Below are positions 25,788 through 37,071 of a DNA stretch of 64,000 nt, one piece after another (the first letter of the stretch is position 1; the number at the start of each line of letters is the position of its first letter). A program made the translations under genes and the position numbers. Under the pieces are notes generated by a model. It saw only the letters and a program-made list of their open reading frames with translations, was not told where the DNA came from and did not search any database. The stretch is from an uncultured Gemmatimonadales bacterium (GTDB lineage Bacteria; Gemmatimonadota; Gemmatimonadetes; Gemmatimonadales; Gemmatimonadaceae), in the NCBI GenBank assembly GCA_963793305.1, contig CAWBZV010000011.1, positions 64,001 to 128,000 on the forward strand. Reading direction: 5' to 3'.

Positions 25788-25889
25788 ATAACGCGTGGGC
25801 GAGAATATACCTCGGGAGCGGCCGCGAGAAACCCGAGTCCGGAGGGGACCTTACGGCCGCTCCCGTGTATATTCTCGCCCATGCGTTAT
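25788..25889. repeat. ~35-bp inverted repeat overlapping the bamA start
   Basis: 25788-25810 matches the reverse complement of 25867-25889 at 22/23 positions. 25813-25824 is the exact reverse complement of 25854-25865. Confidence 0.9.
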
Positions 25890-28299
25890 CTGTATGGCGT
25901 TCTGCTCGCCGCATTGGCGGGTGGACGCGTCTTTGCGCAGGAAGGCGGCGGGCGCTGTTCTAAGCCCGACTCGATCGTCGTGACCGGGAATTCCCGGGTC
26001 GACGAGCCGACGATCCGGGCGTCGATGGGCATCCTGGCGGGCGCGCCGCTCAACGCTCGGCAACTCCAAGAAGGCGTCAAGGCACTTTTCGGCACCGGCC
26101 AGTTCGACGACGTGCAAATCTCATGCACGGTCGCGTCGAACAACAAAACGGTGCTTGCCGTCACCGTCAAAGAGCGCCAAGTCCTCGGCAACGTGACGGT
26201 GGTCGGCCCTCAGCGCGTGAGCAAGAAGACCGTTCGCGACAAGATCGACCTCGGAGCAGGCAAGCCGATCGATCCAGGCCTGGTCTCCAAGGCCATCACG
26301 CGCATCGATTCGCTGTACGAGTCGAGCGGCTATTATCTGGCGAGGGTCACGGTCGACACGTCGACCGGCAAGAACAACGCGATCGACCTCACGTTCCGGG
26401 TCGACGAAGGACACCGGCTGGCGGTCTCCGGTATCGCCGTGCACGGCGCCACCAAGCTCACGCCGACTGAGGTCGTGGCCGCGATGAAGACGAAGCCCGA
26501 GGGGTTTCTCTTCTGGCGCAAGGGCGAGTTCGACGAGGACGCGTTCGCCGCGGACCTGGCGGAGCGGATCCCCGATCATTACGCGAGCGAAGGGTACATC
26601 GATTTGCAGGTCGTGCGCGACACGGTCATCGTCGACCGCGCGCGCGGGAAAGCCCTGATCGATGTGACCGTGAATGAGGGCAAGCAGTATCACGTCGGCT
26701 CGTTCGACGTCATCGGCAATCGGCGGTTCTCGTCTGATGAGATCGCCCGCTATTACCCGTTCCGCCGCACCGGCCCGACCTTCACGCAGAGCTTGGCCCA
26801 TGTCTTCCTGGGCCGCAAGAACGTGGCGAGCGACGTGTTCAATCGCGCGCGGTGGGACGACGCGACGACGAAGCTCCGCACGGCGTACAGCAACGAAGGG
26901 TACATCTACGCATTCGATTCGGCCCGTCGCCGACCGCAGCGTGGGCAAGGATTCGCAGCCGGTCGTCAATCTGCAGTGGCTCATCGAGGAGAAGTCGCCC
27001 GCGATCGTGAACCGCATCGAGATCGTCGGCAACGACTACACGACCGAAGGGTGCATCCGGGACGCGCTCACGATCATTCCCGGCGGCATTTTCAGCCAGG
27101 CCAACCTGATTCGCAGCTATCAGAGCCTCGGCAACCTCGGGTTCTTCGAGACGCCGATCCCGCCACCGGATACCCGGCCCTCGGGCGACCAGGGCGACGT
27201 TGATCTCATTTTCCACGTCAAGGAAAAGCGGACCGGGAACGTCAACTTCGGCGCGTCGACCGGCCAGGGCACGGGCGTGGGCGGGTTCATCGGATTGGAT
27301 CAGCCGAACCTGTTCGGCGAGTGCAAAAAGGGGTCGATCCAGTGGCAGTTCGGCCGGTACATCAACAACCTGACCGCCACGTACACGGATCCTCAGCTCT
27401 TTGGGCCGAGAATCTCGGGTCAGTTCACGGCCTATCACTCGCAGTCGCGGTACACGATCGGTGCGCTGGGCGAGTCGATCACCACCGGCGGCAATATCCA
27501 GCTCGGCTTCCCGATACCGGGGACGTATGCCGCGCGGCTGTTCGCCTCGTATGGCTTGGAATCCATTCGCTATACCGGCGATACGACGTTGCTCCTCGGC
27601 GCCATCTCGAACGAATGCCACGGCTGTATCCGCTCGGTCATCAGCTTCTCGTACAGCCACGATACGCGCGTCGACATGCCGTTCGCCTCGTCCGGCGGTG
27701 AGCAGACCATCACGCTGGACCTGGACGGCGGCCCGCTGGGCGGGACGGCACACTATCAGCGCGTCGTCGCGGAGCTCAGAGGGTACTCGACGCTGGCGGC
27801 GTTCGGGGCCGACGAGCTCGGGACCTCGCCGATCAAGATCGTCCTCGGCGAGAAGATCCGGCTGGGGAACGTGTTCGGCTCGACCGGTCCGTTCTTCTAC
27901 AGCCAGGCCTTCGCGCTGGGCGGCGTGCAGTACGGCGAAATGCTCCGCGGGTACCCGGAGTTCTCGATTACCCCGGCGGGGTACCTGACCGGAACCAGCA
28001 CGTTCAACGCGACGCCGACATCATTTGGTAATACGGTGTTGACGACCACGACCGAAATGGGCTTACGGTTGAACTCGTCGATCTACCTCGATTTATTTTT
28101 AGATGCCGGCAACCTGTGGCAAGGCCCACGGGAATTCGACCCGACACGGTTGTACAAGGGCGCCGGCATTGGAATCTCGGTCGTTACCCCTCTCGGGCCG
28201 CTGGGGCTCGACGAGGCCTATGGGTTCGACAAGCTCGATGCGCAGGGCCGGCCGGCACCAGGCTGGCAGACACATTTCAGACTGGGCAACATTTTCTAA
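25881..28299 (+). CDS. bamA: outer membrane protein assembly factor BamA; frameshift at ~26913
   Basis: Signal peptide, POTRA repeats (GNSRVD, GNRRFS, GNDYT, LGFFE), barrel with LRGY, TPLGPL and a C-terminal F. Confidence 0.93.
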
Positions 28300-28312
28300 C
28301 CTCGGAGTATTC

Positions 28313-28951
28313 ATGCGAACTCTTACCGGCGGCGCGATTGGGCTCGCTGCCTGTTTCGTACTTCTGGCTGTCCCGGCGGCGCAGGCACAATCGACCCGGA
28401 TCGCCTTCGTCGATGGACAGCGGATCTTTGGGTCCGTTCCCGGCCGCACTGAGGCCGAGGCGCAGTTCAATAAGGAAATGGACAGCGTCCGCTCCCGGGA
28501 GAAGGTGATGAGCGACTCGATGGCCGCTCTCATCGCCGATTACAGCAAGAACGAAGCGACCTTGAGCGCCGCGGACAAGACGACGAGACAGCAGTCGATC
28601 CGCGACAAGCAGGCGGCCTTCCAGCAGCAGCAACAGCAGCTGGAGGCGAAGGCGCAGGAGCGGCAGAACGAGCTCGTGCGGCCGATTCTCGACCGGATTC
28701 ACCGGGTCATCGACGACCTGCGGTCCGAGAACGGGTACACGTTGATCGTCGACGTTTCGCCTAACGCCGGCGGATCGGTCGTATCCTATGACAAGAATCT
28801 CGACGTCACCGACCAGGTGATCCGGAAGCTCCAGTCGATGCCGGTCGCGACCGGCGGCGGCGCCAGCTCCGGCGGATCGCCCAAGCCGGCGGCCGGTGCG
28901 CGTCCTACTCCATCCGGCGTTACGCAGCCAAAGTCGCCGCCGACGAACTGA
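28313..28951 (+). CDS. skp: OmpH/Skp periplasmic chaperone
   Basis: Signal peptide, RIAFVD, coiled coil, DVTDQVI. Lies between bamA and lpxD. Confidence 0.88.
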   Translation: MRTLTGGAIGLAACFVLLAVPAAQAQSTRIAFVDGQRIFGSVPGRTEAEAQFNKEMDSVRSREKVMSDSMAALIADYSKNEATLSAADKTTRQQSIRDKQAAFQQQQQQLEAKAQERQNELVRPILDRIHRVIDDLRSENGYTLIVDVSPNAGGSVVSYDKNLDVTDQVIRKLQSMPVATGGGASSGGSPKPAAGARPTPSGVTQPKSPPTN

Positions 28952-28961
28952 CCGGGCGGTG

Positions 28962-29977
28962 ATGACAGCAGCGGAGATCGCGGCCGTCGTCGGGGGCACG
29001 CTGGTGGGCGCTCCCGATACGACGGTCGGCGGTATCGCACCGCTCGAACGCGCGACCGGATCGGACGTCAGCTTCTTCGCCAACTCGAAATACAGCGCCC
29101 AGTTCTCACGCTCTGGCGCTGGCGTCACGCTCGTGGCTCCCGACCTCGCCACGCTTCCAGGGCCGGCCGTCCGCGTGCTCGTCAAGAGTCCGCATGACGC
29201 CATGCTGACGTTGATTCCTCGGTTCTACGTTGCTCCCCAACGCGAGCCAGGGGTTGATCCCACCGCGCGCATTGGTCACGGGGTACGATTCGCCGCCGGA
29301 CGTCACGATAGATCCGTATGCTGTCATCGGCGACGGGGCTGTGTTGGCGCCCGGCGTGTGGATCGGGTCCCATTGCGTCGTAGGCGCGGGTGTGGAAATC
29401 GGAGAGAACAGCCGGCTGTACCCGCGCGTGACTCTGTATAGTGGGTCGCGACTCGGGAAACGTGTTGCCGTGCATAGTGGGACGGTGATTGGCAGTGATG
29501 GGTTTGGGTATGTGTACCGGGAAGGAGAGCACGCCAAGATCCCGCATGTTGGACGATGCCTTATCGAGGACGATGTCGAGATCGGCGCCAATACCGCCAT
29601 CGATCGGGGCAGCATCGACGACACCGTCATTGGAGCCGGCACCAAGATCGACAATCTCGTTCACATTCTCGCATAACGTCCGCGTGGGCAGGCTGTGTCT
29701 CCTGCTTGGACAGTCGGGGATCGGCGGGTCGACCCGACTTGGGGACGGATGCGTGATGGCCGGGCAGTCGGCTATCGTCGGCCATATGACGATGGGTGAC
29801 GGCGCCCGATTGGGGGGGCAGGCCGGGGCTATGGGGAGTCTCGAAGGGGGCCAGACGTACTCGGGATATCCGGCGAGACCCCACCTGGAGAGTCTCAGGG
29901 CATACGCCGCCATGCACCAACTGCCTAAGTACATGAAGCTGCTGGAGAAGCTCGCGGCGCAGGAGACGAAACCCTGA
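28962..29977 (+). CDS. lpxD: UDP-3-O-acylglucosamine N-acyltransferase; frameshifts at ~29293 and ~29667
   Basis: Hexapeptide repeats, [27 protein letters not shown]. Confidence 0.93.
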
Positions 29978-31249
29978 GCGACCGGCGGCGGACGATCAAG
30001 CGCGCGGTTTCGCTCGAGGGCGTCGGCCTGCACCTCGGCCTCCCGTCGAGACTGACGTTTCGGCCGGCCGAGGACAAGATCGGGGTGGTATTCAGGCGCG
30101 TGGACTTGCCGGGCGCGCCGACGATCCCCGCGCGCATCGAGCACGCCGAGCTGACCGAGCGGCGCACGCAGCTCGGCAAGAATGGCGTCGAGCTCCATAC
30201 CGTGGAGCACGTGCTCGCGGCCGTGGCGGCCGCGGTGATCGACGATCTCTGGATCGACGTCGATGGCCCGGAGCCTCCGGTCATGGACGGCAGCGCCGCG
30301 CCCTTCTTCGCTGCGCTCCACGAGGCGGGGGTAGCGGTAAAGACCACTGCCGCCGACTATTTAGAGCTAGCCGAGCCGGTGCGAGTGATCGACGGGGAGT
30401 CTGTCTACGAAGCGCACCCGTCGTCCGACCTCCGACTCGAGGTCACGATCGATTTTCCGCACCCGGTCATCGGGCGTCAGTCGGGCGCGTACGCGATTAC
30501 ACCGGAGGCGTTCGGCCGCGAGCTCGCGGCGGCGCGAACGTTCGGGTTCGTGGACGAAGTCGACGCATTGCGGGCGAAGGGATTGATCAAGGGCGCATCC
30601 ATGGCCAACGCCGTGGTCCTCGACGCTGAGCGCGTGGTGAGCGGGGACTTACGGTGGCCGGACGAGTTCGTGCGGCACAAGGCCATGGACTGCGTGGGCG
30701 ATCTCGCGCTCGCCGGCCGGCGCGTGCGGGCGCGGGTGATCGCCACGAAGCCGAGTCATTGAGGAACCGTCACTCTGGTACGGGAGCTAGTGCGCGTGGC
30801 AGAAACAAAGAAAACGATACCGATCGAAGAGATCATGAAGGTGCTGGCTCATAGGTACCCGTTTCTCTTGGTGGACCGTATTCCTCGAAATAGAGGACGG
30901 GAAGCGGGTGGTCGGGATCAAGAACGTCACGATCAACGAGCCGTTCTTTCAGGGGCATTTCCCGGGACATCCCATTATGCCCGGGGTGTTGATCATCGAG
31001 GCCATGGCTCAGACGGGCGGCATGTTGCTCATGGGCATGGTCGGCGAACCGTATGATCGTAAAGTGGTCTATTTTATCTCGCTCGATAACGTCAAGTGGC
31101 GTCGCCCCGTCAAACCTGGTGACCAACTGCGTATGGAGCTGGAGATGGTCCAAATCCGTGGGCCGGTGTGCAAGATGCGAGGGGTCGCACGCGTCGATGG
31201 GGACGTGGTCGCCGAAGCAGACATGGCGGCCATGGTTCGCGACGCATGA
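29974..31249 (+). CDS. lpxC: bifunctional LpxC/FabZ, interrupted by an in-frame TGA (30760-30762) and a frameshift (~30881)
   Basis: RTIKRAVSLEGVGLHLG, TVEHVLAA, DGSA, ARTFGF, RHKAMDCVGDL. The frame continues past the TGA into HRYPFLLVDR and then FFQGHFPGHPIMPGVLIIEAMAQ (FabZ). The apparent start is CTG at 29974. Confidence 0.9.
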
Positions 31250-32043
31250 CCGCCGTGTCGTCGGAGCGAACCGTGATCCACCCGACCGCGATCGTGCATG
31301 ACGATGCGCGCATCGGCGAGGGCGTCACGATCGGGCCCTATGCGATCGTCGGCGAGCAGTGCGTGATCGGCGATGGGTGCACGCTCGCCCCGCGAGCCGT
31401 GCTCGAAAAGAACGTCACGCTGGCCGCGGGCGTCAAAGTGGGGATCGGGTCGATCCTCGGCGGCGATCCTCAGGATCTCAAGTTCGGTGGGGAAAAGACC
31501 TTCGTCGAGATTGGTGAGAACACCACGATTCGGGAATATTCGACCATCAATCGTGGGACGGCGCAGTCTGGCAAGACGAGCGTGGGATCCGGATGCCTCA
31601 TCATGTCGTACGTGCACCTGGCGCACGATTGCCACGTGGGCAATGGGGTCATCATCGCCAACGGGACGCAGTTCGCCGGGCATGTGACGGTCGAGGACAA
31701 GGCGGCGGTGTCTGGGCTGTGTACGGTGCACCAGTTCGCGCGCATCGGGCGGCATGCATATATCGGAGGCGCATCGCGGGTGCCGCAGGATGTCCCGCCA
31801 TTCGTGCTCGCCGTGGGGAATCCGATGCGGCTCTCGGGCCTCAATACCGTCGGGCTCCGGAGGGCGAATTTTCCAGATGAGACCATGCGGGAGCTCAAGC
31901 GCGCGTATCGGCTGCTCTTCCGGTCTGATCTCAACATGTCGCAGGCGTTGGAGAAGGCCGAGGCCGAGCTCGAGCCGCTGCCGGAGGTGGTCGAGTTTCT
32001 GTCGTTCATGCGCGCGTCGAGTCAGCGCGGCATTACGTCGTGA
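31246..32043 (+). CDS. lpxA: acyl-ACP--UDP-N-acetylglucosamine O-acyltransferase
   Basis: IHPTAIV, PQDLKF, IREYSTINRGT, HLAHDC, HQFARIG. Confidence 0.96.
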   Translation: MTAVSSERTVIHPTAIVHDDARIGEGVTIGPYAIVGEQCVIGDGCTLAPRAVLEKNVTLAAGVKVGIGSILGGDPQDLKFGGEKTFVEIGENTTIREYSTINRGTAQSGKTSVGSGCLIMSYVHLAHDCHVGNGVIIANGTQFAGHVTVEDKAAVSGLCTVHQFARIGRHAYIGGASRVPQDVPPFVLAVGNPMRLSGLNTVGLRRANFPDETMRELKRAYRLLFRSDLNMSQALEKAEAELEPLPEVVEFLSFMRASSQRGITS

Positions 32044-33023
32044 CGCTGCCGCGCATCGGAGTCGTTGGAGCAGGCGCCCTCGGATATCATCACGTTCGGA
32101 TTCTCAAGGATCTCGACGGGATCGAGTTCGTAGGGTTTTACGACATCGACACTGAGCGGTCCGCTCAGATAACCAAAGAGCTCGGTGTTCAGGCATTCTC
32201 GTCGGTGACGGGCCTGATCGACGCTGCGGATGCCCTGACCATCGTCGTCCCGACTCCAGCCCACTTCGAGGTCGCTCGCGCGGCCCTTTCGCGTGGGCGC
32301 CATCTGCTCATCGAAAAGCCGCTCACGACAACGGTCGAAGAAGCCGACGAGCTCTTGGACCTGGCTCGCTCGGCCGGTGCGTTGATTCAGACCGGGCACG
32401 TGGAGCGATTCAATCGGGCCATCCGCGCGGCATTGCCGTATGTGAATGATCCGCGATTCGTCGAGAGCAATCGGCTGGCTCCTTTCAATCCCCGCGGATC
32501 GGACGTGGCGGTCGTGCTGGATCTCATGATCCATGACATCGATCTCATCGCGACGCTGGTGCGCGGCAAAGTCGAGGATATCGCGGCGGTCGGGGTGCCG
32601 TTACTGACATCGTCCGTTGATATCGCCAATGCCCGGCTCACCTTCTCGACCGGGGCGGTCGCCAACATCACCGCCAGCAGGGTGTCGAAGGAGAAGCTGC
32701 GCAAATTGAGAATTTTTCAACCCAACGGCTATTTCTCGCTCGACCTCGGCACGGGCGCCGGAGTGTTCTATCGCCTGCGAAAGGACGTCGACTTGTCGAG
32801 CCTCGCGACCGCGCCACAGGCGATCGAGCAATTCGTCGAATGGGTCCCGCTGTCCGCGCCCGAGGCCGAGCCGCTCAAGCTCGAGCTCGAGAGCTTTGTC
32901 GGCGCGGTGCGGGGCGAGCAGCCCGTACCGGTGAGCGGCGAGGACGGGAGGGATGCATTGGCGATCGCGCTCAGGATCGTGCGTGAGATCGAGCGCACGC
33001 TCCCGGCGCTGACCCGTGCGTGA
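32040..33023 (+). CDS. Gfo/Idh/MocA oxidoreductase, GnnA-like
   Basis: GVVGAGALG, LIEKP, GHVERFN, DLMIHDID. Sits between lpxA and lpxB. Confidence 0.85.
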   Translation: MTLPRIGVVGAGALGYHHVRILKDLDGIEFVGFYDIDTERSAQITKELGVQAFSSVTGLIDAADALTIVVPTPAHFEVARAALSRGRHLLIEKPLTTTVEEADELLDLARSAGALIQTGHVERFNRAIRAALPYVNDPRFVESNRLAPFNPRGSDVAVVLDLMIHDIDLIATLVRGKVEDIAAVGVPLLTSSVDIANARLTFSTGAVANITASRVSKEKLRKLRIFQPNGYFSLDLGTGAGVFYRLRKDVDLSSLATAPQAIEQFVEWVPLSAPEAEPLKLELESFVGAVRGEQPVPVSGEDGRDALAIALRIVREIERTLPALTRA

Positions 33024-34129
33024 GGTTCTCTTTTCGGCCGGCGAGACGTTCGGGCGATCTCAACGCCGCGCCCGTCGCCGCCACGCTGGCGCGACTACGA
33101 CCCGATCTGCATCTCGTCGGCCTCGGGGGCAGTCGCATGCGCGAGGCCGGCGTCGAGTTGATCGAGGATACCGTTTCGCGCGCGGTCATGGGGTTCGCCG
33201 AGATCGTTCGCTATTTGCCGCAGCACCTGGTACGTCTCCGTCAGCTCGACGCGCGACTGGCGACGGGTCGTGTGGCGCTCGTGGTCTGCGTTGACTACGG
33301 CGGATTTAATTTGCGCCTCGCTTCGCTCGCCGCGAAAAGAAAAAGTCCCGTTCTGTATTTCATCACGCCGCAAGTGTGGGCTTCCCGGGCGGGTCGCATG
33401 CGGAGCATGGCGCGAACGGTGACCAAGGCAGCCGTGATACTCCCGTTCGAAGAGAAATTGCTGCGTGATCATGGGATCGACGCGACGTTCGTGGGCCACC
33501 CGATGCTGGACCGCGCGACTGATCTGCCGGACCGCGTGATGGCGAGGGCGACCCTCGGCCTCGACGTCAATGCGCCGGTCCTGGCGCTATTCCCAGGCAG
33601 CCGCGCGCAGGAGGTCGAGCACCTACTCGATCCGTTCGTGGGCGCCGCGCGCGAAGCACAGCGGCGCGTTCCTGGCTTGCAAGTCATCGTGACCCACGCG
33701 CCAAACGTGACGATCGACCCGGCACGCTGCCCGTACCCGGTGGTGCGCGCCCCGTCCATGACGGTGCTGCGCGCGGCGACCGCGGTGCTGTGCAAGAGCG
33801 GCACGACAACGCTGGAAGCGGCGGTCACGGGATGTCCGCTCGTGATCGCGTATCGTACCAGCGCGCTGACGTATCAGATCGCGCGACGCCTCGTGACGAT
33901 CCCCTACATCGGAATGGTGAACGTCGTCGCGGGACGCGGGATCGCGCCGGAGTTCATCCAGAATGCCGTGCGGCCGGCCGCCATGGCCGACGCGCTCATC
34001 CCGCTGCTGGAGGAAGGAAGCGCGGTGAGGGCGACCGAAGTGGCCGAGTTGGCGAAGGTGCGCGCGGCACTGGGGACGCCTGGCGCGGCGGAGCGGGTGG
34101 CCGAGATGGCGAGTAGGCTGGCCGGGTGA
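33016..34129 (+). CDS. lpxB: lipid-A-disaccharide synthase; frameshift at ~33050
   Basis: AGE(T)SGD after removing one T, PQVWASR, FVGHP, FPGSR.QE, SGTTTLE. Confidence 0.93.
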
Positions 34130-34806
34130 CCGACCGGACAGCAAGCGGCACGCGCCTTCGCTGGCGCGATCACCTCATCGTCGTCCTCGGCGTGGTCGTC
34201 ATACGCGTGCTCGCCTGGACCTGGCGCATCAGGCGATCCGGCGGAGAGGAAGTCGCGAATCGCATCGAGCGCGGGGTGCCGCATCTGTACGCGTTCTGGC
34301 ACGGGCATATGCTGCCGATGCTCGTCGAGCACGAGGGCGAGCGACCGGCGGCGGTGCTGGTGAGCTCGCACCGGGATGGAGAGATCATTACGCGAGTGGC
34401 GCGGGCGTTCGGGTACGAAGCGATCAGAGGGTCAACCTCGCGCGATGCGCCCGGCGCGCTGCGGGCGATCGTGCGAACGCTGCGCGGTGGCGTCACGGTT
34501 GCGGTTACGCCCGATGGGCCGCGTGGGCCCGCGCACGAGTTTTCGCCGGGGCCGGCGATCGCGTCGTTCGAAACTGATATACCTATCATTCTGGCAGCCG
34601 TGGCGGTGGATCGGGCGTGGTACCTGCGTACTTGGGATCGGTTCATGATCCCCAAGCCCTTTGCGCGGATCGTCGTTCAATACCAACCCTCGATCGCCGT
34701 CCCCGGTCCCACCGCGCGCGACGCGGCGGCATTCGCACCGACGCTCGGCGCGATCCTCAACGAGCTCGATGCACGGGCGCGCGATGTGGCTCTGGCAAAG
34801 CGATAG
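34126..34806 (+). CDS. DUF374 / lysophospholipid acyltransferase-family protein
   Basis: AFWHG, VSSHRDGE, IRGSTSR, TPDGPRGP, WDRFMIPKPF. Confidence 0.85.
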   Translation: MTDRTASGTRLRWRDHLIVVLGVVVIRVLAWTWRIRRSGGEEVANRIERGVPHLYAFWHGHMLPMLVEHEGERPAAVLVSSHRDGEIITRVARAFGYEAIRGSTSRDAPGALRAIVRTLRGGVTVAVTPDGPRGPAHEFSPGPAIASFETDIPIILAAVAVDRAWYLRTWDRFMIPKPFARIVVQYQPSIAVPGPTARDAAAFAPTLGAILNELDARARDVALAKR

Positions 34807-35749
34807 CATTCTGGCGCGCGTCGCGCGTGTTGCGCTCGCGCCCGCGGCGCTCGCGTATCGCGGCGGCGTCGCGGTACAGGGCGCGCTGGTGCGACCGCGG
34901 GAACCCGCGATTCCTGTGATCAGCGTGGGGAACCTGACCGTTGGTGGGACTGGCAAAACGCCAATCTCAGCGTGGATAGCGGCCGAGCTCCAGGCCATGG
35001 GCGCCAAGCCCGCGGTGATACTGCGTGGTTATGCTGGTGGCGATGAGATTGACGTCCATAAGCGGCTGACGCCCGGCATACCGGTGATCGGTAATCCAGA
35101 TCGCGTGGCCGGTGTCCAAACCGCGGCGGCGCGAGGAGCGACTGTCGCCGTGCTCGACGATGCGTTTCAACACCGGCGGATAGCGCGCGTAAGTGATATT
35201 GTGTTGATCAGCGCCGATGCATGGGACGGACGCGTGCGGCTGCTCCCAGCGGGACCGTGGCGCGAACCGCTCTCGGCGCTGCGCCGCGCCTCGGTTGTCA
35301 TCGTCACGCGAAAGGCCGTCGACGCATCACAGGCTGACGTGGTCATGCGGGCGCTGGATCTCGGCGACATGCCGACGGCCGTCGCGGCTCTCGTCCTCGG
35401 CGCCCTGAGGACGCTCGGGGGCGAGGAGCGGGCGTTAGACACCATCGCCGATACCACCATCCACGCCGTCGCGGGGGTGGGCGATGCGAGTGCCTTCTTC
35501 GCGCAATTGCGGGCGGCGGGCGCCCGTGTCGTGCCCCATGGATTCCGCGATCATCATGCGTTCACCCGGGCCGATGCCGACCGGTTGGCCGGTGCCGCGG
35601 CCGGCGCGCCGGTCGTCTGCACGCTGAAAGACGCGGTCAAGCTGGAGCGCGAGTGGCCTCGCGGAGCGGGGCCCTTATGGTATGTTTCACAGCGCGTCGA
35701 GTTCGATCGCGGGCGCGAGGCTGTCTTGGCGTCCCTTCCTGCAACCTGA
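34784..35749 (+). CDS. lpxK: tetraacyldisaccharide 4'-kinase
   Basis: [47 protein letters not shown]. Confidence 0.94.
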   Translation: MWLWQSDSILARVARVALAPAALAYRGGVAVQGALVRPREPAIPVISVGNLTVGGTGKTPISAWIAAELQAMGAKPAVILRGYAGGDEIDVHKRLTPGIPVIGNPDRVAGVQTAAARGATVAVLDDAFQHRRIARVSDIVLISADAWDGRVRLLPAGPWREPLSALRRASVVIVTRKAVDASQADVVMRALDLGDMPTAVAALVLGALRTLGGEERALDTIADTTIHAVAGVGDASAFFAQLRAAGARVVPHGFRDHHAFTRADADRLAGAAAGAPVVCTLKDAVKLEREWPRGAGPLWYVSQRVEFDRGREAVLASLPAT

Positions 35750-35753
35750 TTAT

Positions 35754-37061
35754 ATGGCTACCGACCTTCGACTTCCTACCCATAAGATCGTCCAGCGCGA
35801 CAAAGACCGCTTTCTGAACGAAGAGAACCCGTTCGAAGCCATGATGTCCCGGTTCGATCGGGCCGCGGAGCTGCTGGATCTCGAACCCGGGATCTATAAA
35901 GTCCTTCGAAACCCTGAAAAACAGATCATCGTCTCAGTCCCCGTGATGCTCGACACTGGTGAAGTCGAGGTGTACACGGGGTTTCGTGTTTTGTACAACA
36001 CCTCGCGCGGACCCGCGAAGGGCGGCATCCGATTCGACTTGCAGGTCACGCTCGAAGAGGTCAAGGCGCTCGCGGCGTGGATGACCTGGAAGTGCGCGGT
36101 CGTCAACATTCCGTTCGGTGGCTCGAAGGGCGGCGTGATCTGCGATCCGCTCAAAATGAGCGTTGGCGAGCTGGAGCGACTGACGCGCCGCTACACCGCT
36201 GGTATCATCGCGACGCTCGGCCCCGACTCGGACGTGCCCGCGCCAGACGTGAACACCAATGAGCGCGTGATGGCCTGGATCATGGACACGTACTCCATGC
36301 ATGTCCGCCACACCGTCACCGCCGTCGTCACGGGTAAGCCTGTCGAGATGGGTGGATCACTCGGACGGCGAGAGGCGACCGGGCGTGGGTGTATGATCGT
36401 CACCAAAGAAGCGCTGAAGCATCTCGGCATGCCCGTCGCGGGAACGACCGTTGCCATTCAGGGATTCGGGAACGTCGGCTCGATCGCGGCGGAGATGCTC
36501 CAACGAGAAGGCTGTACCATCACCGCCATCAGCGATCGGACCGGAGCATTCCATAATGCCAAGGGGATCGATATCGCCGATGCGGTACGCTATGTCAAAG
36601 AGCACAAGACGCTCGAGGGGTACACGAAGGGCGATAAGATCACGAATGAAGAGATGCTGACCCTCGATGTCGACGTCCTGCTCCCCGCGGCGCTCGAGAA
36701 CGTGATTACCAGCAAGAACGCGTCGAAGATCCGCGCCAAGATCGTCTGCGAAGGCGCGAACGGCCCGACCACGGCGGGCGCCGATGCGATCCTCGATGAC
36801 AAGGGCGTGTTCGTCATCCCTGACATTCTCGCGAACGCGGGCGGTGTCACGGTATCCTACTTCGAGTGGGTCCAGGACCGCGGCGGATATTTCTGGTCCG
36901 AGGAGTCCGTGAACGATCGGCTTCGCGACATTATGACGCGCAGCTTCAAGGACGTCTTGAGCCTGTCGCGGCAGCACAAGGTCAATATGCGGACCGCGGC
37001 CTACATGCTGGCCATCAGCCGCGTCTCGACGGTTCACAAACTCCGCGGCATCTACGCGTAG
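35754..37061 (+). CDS. Glu/Leu/Phe/Val dehydrogenase (glutamate dehydrogenase-like)
   Basis: [47 protein letters not shown]. Confidence 0.95.
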   Translation: MATDLRLPTHKIVQRDKDRFLNEENPFEAMMSRFDRAAELLDLEPGIYKVLRNPEKQIIVSVPVMLDTGEVEVYTGFRVLYNTSRGPAKGGIRFDLQVTLEEVKALAAWMTWKCAVVNIPFGGSKGGVICDPLKMSVGELERLTRRYTAGIIATLGPDSDVPAPDVNTNERVMAWIMDTYSMHVRHTVTAVVTGKPVEMGGSLGRREATGRGCMIVTKEALKHLGMPVAGTTVAIQGFGNVGSIAAEMLQREGCTITAISDRTGAFHNAKGIDIADAVRYVKEHKTLEGYTKGDKITNEEMLTLDVDVLLPAALENVITSKNASKIRAKIVCEGANGPTTAGADAILDDKGVFVIPDILANAGGVTVSYFEWVQDRGGYFWSEESVNDRLRDIMTRSFKDVLSLSRQHKVNMRTAAYMLAISRVSTVHKLRGIYA

Positions 37062-37071
37062 ACGGTAGCCG

